From an uncultured archaeon (lineage in GTDB: Archaea; Aenigmatarchaeota; Aenigmatarchaeia; QMZS01): DNA of 40,051 nt. Under the pieces are notes generated by a model, which was not told where the DNA came from, did not search any database, and saw only the letters and a program-made list of their open reading frames with translations. The stretch is from assembly GCA_964386335.1 (NCBI GenBank), contig CAYLRQ010000001.1, forward strand, positions 13,568 to 53,618, given 5' to 3'. This document shows positions 25,974 to 34,492 of the stretch, one piece after another. The translations under genes and the position numbers were made by a program. Every line of letters begins with the position of its first letter. The stretch's first letter is position 1.

Positions 25974-26833
25974 ACTTTCACCAAACCCAATATAATCAAA
26001 TATATCGCCCCGCTCACAGGAACAAAAACATATACCAACAATCTCATCAAGAAAGGTATATTAAAAGAAAAGAATGTTGAAGTAATCAAAGAAAATGTAG
26101 TCAGAAGGATCATAATGACAAGCGGGACTATCAAAAATACCACTATGTAGATATCCGCCAAAAAGCTCATCAAAGTGGTATATTTCCTCTGTCTCTCTCT
26201 ATAAACGTCAATTTCTTTCCTTGATTCCTCACTTAAATACAGATTTATATTTCCTCCAGATAAAATAGTTGAATTCAAACCCAATAAAAAATTTTTGAAT
26301 TTTTCTGAGGGTGTTCTAAAGGCGATCTCACTTATACTTGAAGTTACGTCTTTTCCAACCAAAATGATTTGTTTGTAAATTCTTTCAAATTCTTTGGAAA
26401 ATTCGCCAAATTCCTTGTCTTCTGCAATATATTTAATCATCTGCTCGGGAGGAACTCCGCTCTTTGAAATGATATTCATATAAGATATCCCAAAAGGCAT
26501 ATTTCTTTCAATATCTTTCATCTGCCTGCTGTATTTATAAAAAGGGTACAAATAAAAAACGGTTGCAATTGTCCAAGTCAGAGTTGATGTTAAGATTAAC
26601 GATATTATAAAAGATTGTGCAAAATTCAACTTCCAGAATATCAAAAAAAAATAAAGAAAAAATACGAAAGAAACATTTAAACAGATAAAGGCATAGAAAA
26701 AAAGTTTTCCGATGTATTTCTCATAAATAATCGGCAAATTTGATTTCTCTACGAGCTCCTTTAAAGATTGAAGTTTCTTTCCGAAGAATTTGGTCCCTAT
26801 CTTTCCGAATAATTGAATTAACTCAGAATACAT
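25970..26833 (-). CDS. FlaJ/TadC-like platform protein, N-terminal-half equivalent (T2SS-F domain)
   Basis: 'ERNMPFGISYMNIISKSGVPPEQMIKYIA...VGKDVTSSISEIAFRTPSEKFKNFLLGLNSTILSGGNINLYL' matches the archaeal FlaJ/TadC repeat unit and is flanked by TM helices. Confidence 0.7.
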   Translation of the reverse strand: MYSELIQLFGKIGTKFFGKKLQSLKELVEKSNLPIIYEKYIGKLFFYAFICLNVSFVFFLYFFLIFWKLNFAQSFIISLILTSTLTWTIATVFYLYPFYKYSRQMKDIERNMPFGISYMNIISKSGVPPEQMIKYIAEDKEFGEFSKEFERIYKQIILVGKDVTSSISEIAFRTPSEKFKNFLLGLNSTILSGGNINLYLSEESRKEIDVYRERQRKYTTLMSFLADIYIVVFLIVPLVIMILLTTFSLITSTFFSFNIPFLMRLLVYVFVPVSGAIYLIILGLVKV

Positions 26834-26855
26834 AATTTAAAAAATTATATTCTTT

Positions 26856-27473
26856 ATGGTTTTTGAATATTCTTATACAAATTATGTAAAACCTCAAACA
26901 AAAAAATTATTCAGAAACATCACAATAATTAGTCTATTTTTCATTGTTTTTTGTATAATTCTAATATTATTGGCGAAATTATATTTGCCTTCCCATCTGT
27001 TATCGGGTATTGATATTTCCGGGTTTCTGAGTTATGGTTATCTGGGACTCTTCATAATTACTTTATTGGGCGGAACATTTTTTCCAGTTGGAAGTCCTGC
27101 TGTAGTTGCAACGGCGGGAGCAATAGGAATGCCAAAATTGCCCGTTATTCTTATATCGGCACTTGGATATACAATAGGAGTATGCATTAATTATTTTTTA
27201 GCCTATGAATTTGGCATTCATTACGTTCAAAAAAAAATGGAAAAAGAAGTGTTCGAAGATCTTTTGGTTTGGTGGAATAAATATGGGATTATTCTCGTCG
27301 TTTTATTTGCATTATTCCCCATTCTTCCGTTCAATCTTCTGGCTCTGCTCTGCGGTTTATTCAGATTCAATCTATTTTATTTTATACTAATTAATTTTGC
27401 TTCCAATCTTCTAAATTCCTATCTCTTCGTTTATCTTGGCTCTTCCATTGCGGCCTTGATTGGTTTGTTTTAG
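26856..27473 (+). CDS. DedA/YqaA-family (VTT domain) membrane protein
   Basis: 205 aa. 'YGYLGLFIITLLGGTFFPVGSPAVVATAG' and polytopic topology resemble the YqaA/SNARE-associated family. Confidence 0.6.
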   Translation: MVFEYSYTNYVKPQTKKLFRNITIISLFFIVFCIILILLAKLYLPSHLLSGIDISGFLSYGYLGLFIITLLGGTFFPVGSPAVVATAGAIGMPKLPVILISALGYTIGVCINYFLAYEFGIHYVQKKMEKEVFEDLLVWWNKYGIILVVLFALFPILPFNLLALLCGLFRFNLFYFILINFASNLLNSYLFVYLGSSIAALIGLF

Positions 27474-27481
27474 TTTTTTGA

Positions 27482-28924
27482 TTATTCCAGTTTTTTAAGC
27501 AAATCTTCTATCTCTCTGATTTTCTTTTTTATTTGCTCAATTATCTCTTCTTTTCTTTGTTCTTCGGTTTTCTTAGTTTCTTTATAAGTTTCTGTCATAA
27601 AGTTCAAGATGTCTTCATTTGTTTTTAATTCAATAACTTCGTTTGTTTTGGCATTTACGAAGGCTTGATATGCAATTCCCGCCGAATCAAAAGGAATAAC
27701 AACAACTTTCCAATACAAAGTATTATTTTTGAAAAAAGGCAAAGGCTCTGCGAGTTTAAATCTGCTCCAATCAACTATTGGATTGTTTTGCCTTACAAAA
27801 TCTGTTGCCTTTATAGGTCCAGTTAAAGTCATTCCAGGAAGTTCAAGCAATTCAATTTTTCCCGTCCTCGCATCAATAATAAAGATTTTGAATATGCCGT
27901 GACTTGCGCCATAAGGTTCTGTTGAGATAAACCATTTCAATCCCTCCTTTGTATCTAACAAAAAAGGTTGCCTGTTGAAATCTATATCCTGAATTTCAGT
28001 CTGGTCCTTATGTATGAAAAAATAGTTTATTAAACCATTTTTAAATGCATAGGATTCTACATACAATCTCGCCAAATTTTCTGGAAAAATTCTGTTTCCC
28101 TCAAGTATTTTATTTTTTAAAGCCTGTTCCGGTTTCAGGAAGTTAATTTTTCCCGCCGAATCAACAATAAACAAACCTTCAAATTCCGGAAGGGTGTACA
28201 ACAAACCATAATAAAGTTTATATTTATAACCAATTGCGGGAACAATGGTATAGATTTCTCCGTTCTTATAAATATAATAAACATCATCGAAATCTACAAA
28301 ATATTTTTCTTTGTATAGATTCCAATACAAGTTGTCAAAAATCTGCATTTCCTGTCCAATCTCCAAATCCTTCTCTATTATCTTGGAATTTTTCTCCTGT
28401 TTTGTCGCGTCAACAATAACAATTCCCTTATTCTTGATTAAAAATTTTAATAAATCCCCGTCCGGAATCAAAGGAAATACCCATGACAAAGAATTATTTA
28501 TATTTACTATATTTTCTGGACCAAGTTTATACTGGGCAAGCTGCAGAGAATCCTTTGCATATCGGTAAGCAACACTCATCGGCATCAATCTTAAATTTTT
28601 TGTTGATTCCGGCAAGGTTTGTATATTGTTGAATTTTAAAGTTTTTGGCAATTCTAAAAAAACTATAATGTTTGAGAAAAACGATGCAAAGAGCAGCAAA
28701 AAGAAAAGCAAAATTACTGAAGTCGATTTAAAAATATTTATTGTCAGTTCTTTATTTTTCATTTTTCTCCTGCTGAAAAAGAAATAAATAACAGCCCAAA
28801 TCAGAACAACTTCTATAATTGCCGGATTTTTATAAAAGTATATAGCAACGGGATGAAACCACGGTCTGAAAAAATAGATAATTAATATTGCAAAGAGACA
28901 AAGTAGGATTTTTTTAATATTCAT
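27482..28924 (-). CDS. Membrane-anchored protein with large extracytoplasmic domain (possibly a short UPF0182/COG1615-like form)
   Basis: Three N-terminal TM helices, then a ~330-aa soluble region and a charged coiled-coil tail. Resemblance to UPF0182 ('FVDFDDVYYIYKNGEIYTIVPA', 'LYWKVVVIP') is weak. Confidence 0.5.
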   Translation of the reverse strand: MNIKKILLCLFAILIIYFFRPWFHPVAIYFYKNPAIIEVVLIWAVIYFFFSRRKMKNKELTINIFKSTSVILLFFLLLFASFFSNIIVFLELPKTLKFNNIQTLPESTKNLRLMPMSVAYRYAKDSLQLAQYKLGPENIVNINNSLSWVFPLIPDGDLLKFLIKNKGIVIVDATKQEKNSKIIEKDLEIGQEMQIFDNLYWNLYKEKYFVDFDDVYYIYKNGEIYTIVPAIGYKYKLYYGLLYTLPEFEGLFIVDSAGKINFLKPEQALKNKILEGNRIFPENLARLYVESYAFKNGLINYFFIHKDQTEIQDIDFNRQPFLLDTKEGLKWFISTEPYGASHGIFKIFIIDARTGKIELLELPGMTLTGPIKATDFVRQNNPIVDWSRFKLAEPLPFFKNNTLYWKVVVIPFDSAGIAYQAFVNAKTNEVIELKTNEDILNFMTETYKETKKTEEQRKEEIIEQIKKKIREIEDLLKKLE

Positions 28925-29013
28925 ATATCTATATCGGTTTTAATTAAATAAAGGAAGAATCAGAATGCCCGAAGGATATTGCTATAATCAGAGGTTTCTT
29001 CAAAACTAAATCA

Positions 29014-29988
29014 TCAAACAGTGTGTTGTCTAATTTCTTTATTGAGAAAATAAAGAACGATCAGTCCAATAATTACAACAATCCAGAAACTGATAAATCT
29101 GTCTAATAAAATAAGAGATGAAGAGATGAGAGAAGGAATTCCAAGAACCAGAAGAGATGAAATTGTTCCCCCTTCCACCAAACCGAGACCTCCAGGAAGC
29201 CACGGGATAGAGGAAAATAAGATCAGAAGAACCCAGACTGCCAAAATAATGGTGAATGAAACTTGAAAATTAATAGCCAGAAAAACAAAATATATCCGTA
29301 GAAATTCCAGAAATCGGCAAAAAAAAGAGATTGAAAAAATTTTCAAAAATAATTTCTTATTACACAAATATCTAAAACTCGAACTGAAAACTTTAGTCGA
29401 TATTTTCGCATTTGGTTTAAAGAATCTTAAAAGATACTTCTCGATAAATTTCTCAATTTTGTTTTTATCAGACAGAATTCTAAATGCAAAGAAAAAACCG
29501 CCAACACAGATAATAAACGATACAATTCCAATATACAAAAATCCAATTGAAATAAGTTTGGTGGCAGATAAAAATATAACTAAAATCAGCAGAAGGGAAT
29601 AAAAAGAAATTAGCTCGCTTGTTATTTCTATAATAACTGAAGCCGTTGCTTTTGTCACAGGTATGTTAGTTTTTGTAAGATAATACAACTTTACGGGCTC
29701 TCCTCCCGCTTTGACTATTGGAGTTAACTGATTAACGGCCATTCCAGAAATCAAAATTTTGAACAATTTTTTGTATTTTATATCATATTTTTGTGCGGAT
29801 AAAATTGTTTTCAGTCTCGCAACATATAAAAAAATTATAAAAAATTGAATTAACAAAGCAATAAAAAAATAATTTAAGTTGGAATTCAACAAAATATTAA
29901 TAACCTGCGTCCCGCCGAAGTAGAAAATTACTCCAAAAAACAAAAAAATGCCCAAGACAGTTCCAATTATTCTTTTCATTAAAAACAC
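29014..29988 (-). CDS. Flippase-like / lysylphosphatidylglycerol-synthase TM-region family (UPF0104) membrane protein
   Basis: 324-aa polytopic protein. 'ISGMAVNQLTPIVKAGGEPVKLYYL' and 'PGGLGLVEGG' are characteristic of this family. Confidence 0.65.
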   Translation of the reverse strand: MFLMKRIIGTVLGIFLFFGVIFYFGGTQVINILLNSNLNYFFIALLIQFFIIFLYVARLKTILSAQKYDIKYKKLFKILISGMAVNQLTPIVKAGGEPVKLYYLTKTNIPVTKATASVIIEITSELISFYSLLLILVIFLSATKLISIGFLYIGIVSFIICVGGFFFAFRILSDKNKIEKFIEKYLLRFFKPNAKISTKVFSSSFRYLCNKKLFLKIFSISFFCRFLEFLRIYFVFLAINFQVSFTIILAVWVLLILFSSIPWLPGGLGLVEGGTISSLLVLGIPSLISSSLILLDRFISFWIVVIIGLIVLYFLNKEIRQHTV

Positions 29989-30213
29989 CTATATTTATTT
30001 GTTTTTTAAATCTTAAATCGCATTTTCCGGTTTTGGTATTTATCGGATTGTTCTTTCATATTCTCAAATTCTAATTGCAATAAGTAAATTGCGGATTAAG
30101 GATGTGGAAAATATTCTTAAAGAAGAGGATAATTCAAAATTGAAAATAATGCAGAGCATATTCACATTTCTGATTTCCAAATAAAATAAAAGGTTTTTGG
30201 GATTTAATATAAG

Positions 30214-32367
30214 TTACTCCAATCCTTTCCTTTTTTTAATCTTCGAAATAACCTGTTCCTGAAGTGAAACCGGTAATTTTTCAAACACGACATTGATCAA
30301 AGAGTAGAATCCTTTTCCCCTTGTTGCCGATTTCAAAGCTCCTTCAAATCCAAACATTTCGGAAACGGGTATTTTTGCTTTTATTATTGCCGTTCCCAAT
30401 TCTGTTTCAACATTCAGAACCTGTCCTCTTCTGTTTTGGATTTCGTTCATGGCTTCGCCCACCAACTCCTCTGGAACATCAATTCTTATTATCTGCAAAG
30501 GTTCAAGAATTCTCGGATTTGACTGCAATATTGCTTCTTTTATTGCAGTTCTTACAGCGGGAATTACCTGAGCAGGACCTCTGTGTATTGCATCTTCGTG
30601 CAATTCGGCGTCTACAATTTTGACTTTTATCTTTGAGCAGGGTTCTCTTGCCAAAGGCCCTTCATCGCAAACATCCTTGAATGCCTGTTTTAATAATTCA
30701 AAGGTCTCATTCAAATATTGAATTCCTTTCGTTGCGTTTATCAGAATATTTTTATTATACACATAAAGAATCTTTTTTGCCTCTTCTCTTGGCAATCCGC
30801 ATTTCACAAAAGATTCTATAACCTCTCCCTTTATCTTATTTAATTTTTCTTCCTGTATTTTTCCGGAAACCAGACACTCATAAACAGATTCTTCAAGAGG
30901 CTCTACAATGAGATAAAACTTGTTGTGTTTATTTGGACTTTTTCCTTCCACTTCTTTGGGAGTTGCGGATTCGACTGTTTCCCGGTATACGACAATGGGG
31001 GTAGAACTTCTTATTTCTATCCCTTTTTCTTTAAGCACATTTTCAACTTTTGCATCAATATGCAATTCTCCAAGACCTGAAACGAGATACTCTCCAGTTT
31101 CTTCATTTATTTTTACCTCCAGACTCGGGTCTTCTTTATTAACCTGTTTCAGAAATTCGATTAACTTCGGCAAATCTTTTATATTTTTTGGTTCTATTGA
31201 TTTCGTCACTACGGGTTCAAAGATATGCTTTATGCCTTCAAAAGGAGTAATAACACATTCCGGATTGCAAATTGTTTCTCCCGAGAAAGAATCCGGTATT
31301 CCGACAATGCCCACGATATTTCCGCACAAAGCTTCATCAATTTTAATTCTTTTAGGCCCTCTGTATATTGAAACCTGCTGAACCCTCTGTTTTTTGTGTT
31401 GGCCAACAAGATAAACTTCTTCTCCCTCCTTTAGAGTGCCTGAGAAGATTCTGGCTGTTGCAACCAAACCGGCATGAGGATCTGGAATAACTTTTGTAAT
31501 TATGGCTGCTAATTTTGAGTTCGGGTCGCAGTTTGTCATACCTTTTCCGATTTCGCTATCTTCCTCTCCCGGCCATATCTTTTTAATTCTGTATTTTTGT
31601 GCTCTCAAAGGATCTGGCAAATGTTTGATAATGCTCTCCAAAACAACCCTATGAAGAGGAGCTTTTTTTGCCAGTTCTTTCTCTTTATTGTCATTGGTGA
31701 ATTCAATAACATCTTTGAATGTTATTTTTGTTTTTTGCATATAGGGAACGGATATCGCCCAGTTTTTATAGGCAGAACCAAATACAACGGAGCCGTTCAT
31801 AACATTTACAAACCATTCTTCTCTGAATTCTGGTTCGGCATATTTTTCGATTAATTCATTTACTTCTTTTATATATCTTTCAAATCTTTTTTGCATTTCT
31901 TCAGGAGATATTTTCAGTTCTTTGATCAATCTATCGACCTTATTTATAAAAAGAATTGGCTTTACTCTTTCCTTCAAAGCCTGTCTTAATACCGTTTCTG
32001 TTTGAGGCATTACGCCTTCAACCGCACAGATAACTACAACCGCTCCATCAACGGCTCTCATTGCTCTGGTTACATCTGCGCCAAAATCAACATGTCCAGG
32101 AGTATCAATAAGATTAATCAGATAATCCTTGTTTTCATAATTATAAACAATAGATACATTGGCAGAATAAATTGTAATTCCCCTCTCCTGCTCTTGTTTA
32201 TCAAAATCCGTAAAAAGTTGTTTTCCCGCAAGGTCTTCAGAAAGCATCCCGGCTCCAGATAACAAGTTGTCCGTCATGGTTGTTTTTCCATGGTCTATGT
32301 GGGCAACAATTCCAATATTTCTAATGGTCTCTCTATTTCTCATCAATTTAACAACATCTTCTGCCAT
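30214..32367 (-). CDS. fusA: Translation elongation factor aEF-2
   Basis: G-domain motifs 'AHIDHGKTT', 'DTPGHVDF' and 'NKVDR'. The diphthamide region 'HEDAIHRGPAQ' is typical of archaeal/eukaryotic EF-2. 717 aa. Confidence 0.95.
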   Translation of the reverse strand: MAEDVVKLMRNRETIRNIGIVAHIDHGKTTMTDNLLSGAGMLSEDLAGKQLFTDFDKQEQERGITIYSANVSIVYNYENKDYLINLIDTPGHVDFGADVTRAMRAVDGAVVVICAVEGVMPQTETVLRQALKERVKPILFINKVDRLIKELKISPEEMQKRFERYIKEVNELIEKYAEPEFREEWFVNVMNGSVVFGSAYKNWAISVPYMQKTKITFKDVIEFTNDNKEKELAKKAPLHRVVLESIIKHLPDPLRAQKYRIKKIWPGEEDSEIGKGMTNCDPNSKLAAIITKVIPDPHAGLVATARIFSGTLKEGEEVYLVGQHKKQRVQQVSIYRGPKRIKIDEALCGNIVGIVGIPDSFSGETICNPECVITPFEGIKHIFEPVVTKSIEPKNIKDLPKLIEFLKQVNKEDPSLEVKINEETGEYLVSGLGELHIDAKVENVLKEKGIEIRSSTPIVVYRETVESATPKEVEGKSPNKHNKFYLIVEPLEESVYECLVSGKIQEEKLNKIKGEVIESFVKCGLPREEAKKILYVYNKNILINATKGIQYLNETFELLKQAFKDVCDEGPLAREPCSKIKVKIVDAELHEDAIHRGPAQVIPAVRTAIKEAILQSNPRILEPLQIIRIDVPEELVGEAMNEIQNRRGQVLNVETELGTAIIKAKIPVSEMFGFEGALKSATRGKGFYSLINVVFEKLPVSLQEQVISKIKKRKGLE

Positions 32368-32653
32368 AACATACGAAAATTTTAAATTATTAATCAGAAA
32401 TTGTATTCAACTGTTTTTTCATATCCGAAGTTTCTCGATATAAAAACAAACTCTATTTATTCTTTCCGGAAAAATCCTGAATTGTTCATTTATTTTGAAT
32501 TTTCTCTTCTATGGCAAGAAAAAAGATTCTTCAAACCAGAAAAAAATAGAAAACAATTTTTTAATAATCTCCGTATTTAATCAATTTCTGCAAATATCTT
32601 CGTTCTGAATAAACTGCATATTGTCGTTATTTAATATTTAACTTCAGTAAATT

Positions 32654-32932
32654 ATGAAAATTCCAAAGGAGCAAAAAAGATATTGCAAATATTGCAAAAA
32701 ACACACCGTTCAAAAACTGAAGAGAGTTAAGAACAAGCCGAGGAGAAAGCTCGCGGTGGGGCAGAGAAGACATCTAAGAAAACTTGCCGGCTATGGTTCT
32801 TTTCCGGCAAAAAAGCCGAAAGGAAGGGGAAAACCAACCACAAAACTGGATTTCAGATATATCTGCAAAGAGTGCGGGAAACAAAATATTATTGGAAAAG
32901 GTTTTAGAATTAAGAAAATTGAAATGGTTTAA
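32654..32932 (+). CDS. rpl44e: 50S ribosomal protein eL42 (L44e)
   Basis: 'YCKYCKKHTVQK...GQRRHLRKLAGYG...CKECGK' shows the L44e zinc-ribbon pattern. 92 aa. Confidence 0.88.
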   Translation: MKIPKEQKRYCKYCKKHTVQKLKRVKNKPRRKLAVGQRRHLRKLAGYGSFPAKKPKGRGKPTTKLDFRYICKECGKQNIIGKGFRIKKIEMV

Positions 32933-33231
32933 AGAGTCTATATAATTAACGTAAAGATTGGATGAATATGGTAGAATAATGGCAAGATTGTCGAAATTGG
33001 GCAAGCAATTAATAAGCGACTAATAACAAGTTAGACTATCTTTCATACAAATCCTTTGTCCCGACCTTCAGATTATCTAAAAGTTTTGATACTTTTAAAT
33101 ATCTTCTTTTAAACCATAAAACTCAACAAAACCTTGTTTAAATCCAAATTTTTTGAGGCAAAATTTTCGTCCTTACATTTTTAAGAATATTGAAGATTTA
33201 ATGGATTTTGGAGTCAAAGTTTGCACATAAC

Positions 33232-34086
33232 TTATATTTTAAAAAAGATTTTGTGATACAAGTTCGCAATCACTAATTCCAATCCAATAATTTCTTCATA
33301 TAATTTTCTATCATATATTTCTCCAGATAAACTACGTTCCATTTTAAACAAATTCTTCGCGATTTTTTCCAGTTCTCCAAGTGCCGCTCTCCCATCCAAT
33401 TTGCCATTTTCTATATTTAAAAGAGATTTCTCCATATCTTTTAAACTGCCAAAGTTTATGATCTGGGTATCAATATCATCAAAATATGGCAGAATTATAA
33501 TAATCTTCGGGGGTTTGATTCGATCTAAAATTTCTCTTTTTAATTCCTGAATCTCCATATACATCTCAAATTTAGTTGCCGTATCGGATATTTTGTAAAC
33601 TGTAAGCAAAGCGTCATTCAATTTATTAAATGAATAATTCGGAGAACTTTCACCATACAATTTTGCTAAATTAATTCTTTGTCTGGCGGAAGCGGTAAAA
33701 ACATCGCCATGTTTTTTTCTGGCTTTTTCTCTGGATTTAAGTTCTTCCTCTTCAAATATTTTCCTTATTTCTTCTTCCATCTCAACTTCATTTTCATAAA
33801 CTTTTATTTCCAGATGCGAAAGTCCAAGATCTTTGACATACTTGTTATAGAGTTTTTCCAGTTCTTTTTCTAGTTCGTAATTATTTGTGGTTTTTATGGC
33901 TACCACAACCCTTTTTTTATGTCGATACAGGCGTTTGATTTCATCTTCTTTATTCATTTTTGGTAAAATAGAAGGATAAACTATTTCCCTTAATGATTTT
34001 ATTCTTGCATATGGGCTCATTTTTACAAAAGCCGTACCATATTCTGAACTTCTTATTGAATCCCCTACATAAAAATATTCCATCAT
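33232..34086 (-). CDS. Hypothetical protein (284 aa)
   Basis: A long ORF rich in charged helical segments, with no recognisable motif. 4-nt overlap with the upstream 88-aa ORF. Confidence 0.45.
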   Translation of the reverse strand: MMEYFYVGDSIRSSEYGTAFVKMSPYARIKSLREIVYPSILPKMNKEDEIKRLYRHKKRVVVAIKTTNNYELEKELEKLYNKYVKDLGLSHLEIKVYENEVEMEEEIRKIFEEEELKSREKARKKHGDVFTASARQRINLAKLYGESSPNYSFNKLNDALLTVYKISDTATKFEMYMEIQELKREILDRIKPPKIIIILPYFDDIDTQIINFGSLKDMEKSLLNIENGKLDGRAALGELEKIAKNLFKMERSLSGEIYDRKLYEEIIGLELVIANLYHKIFFKI

Positions 34087-34349
34087 TTTTCTGAAGAAAA
34101 AATTTCTCTCTCATAATGCCATTTCAATATATAATCGATCTCCTGTTTTATGTATTCTTCCAAATCAGAATTCTTCAATAAATTTCTAATTTCTCTTTTG
34201 TATAAGTTTATTTTTCTTAATTCTTCTCTGCTGTTTTTCTTGTTTAATCTCAGATAGGCTGCGGGAATCAGAACCTCAAAAAATAATTCTATTTTTTCTT
34301 CCGCAGAAATTTTAGATAATTTGCCCCAACAAAATAAATCCCCAACCAT
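34083..34349 (-). CDS. Hypothetical protein (88 aa)
   Basis: An ORF translationally coupled (4-nt overlap) to 33232-34086. No motif. Confidence 0.4.
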   Translation of the reverse strand: MVGDLFCWGKLSKISAEEKIELFFEVLIPAAYLRLNKKNSREELRKINLYKREIRNLLKNSDLEEYIKQEIDYILKWHYEREIFSSEK

Positions 34350-34373
34350 CTTCCAAAAGAAATAAAAATATGG

Positions 34374-34426
34374 GGATTACTGCAACTTGACAAAAATTGT
34401 AATTGGATGATAAAATGCAGTAATCC
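34374..34426. repeat. Intergenic hairpin (11-bp perfect stem, 31-nt loop)
   Basis: ggattactgca (34374-34384) pairs with tcgcagtaatcc-type complement tgcagtaatcc (34416-34426). It lies between the ABCE1 stop and the start of the 88-aa ORF, both on the minus strand. Confidence 0.6.
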
Positions 34427-34492
34427 AAATTCGCATAATATTATTTACTCCAAGTATTTATAATTTTTGAATTTTATACGGCAAATGTCTAT

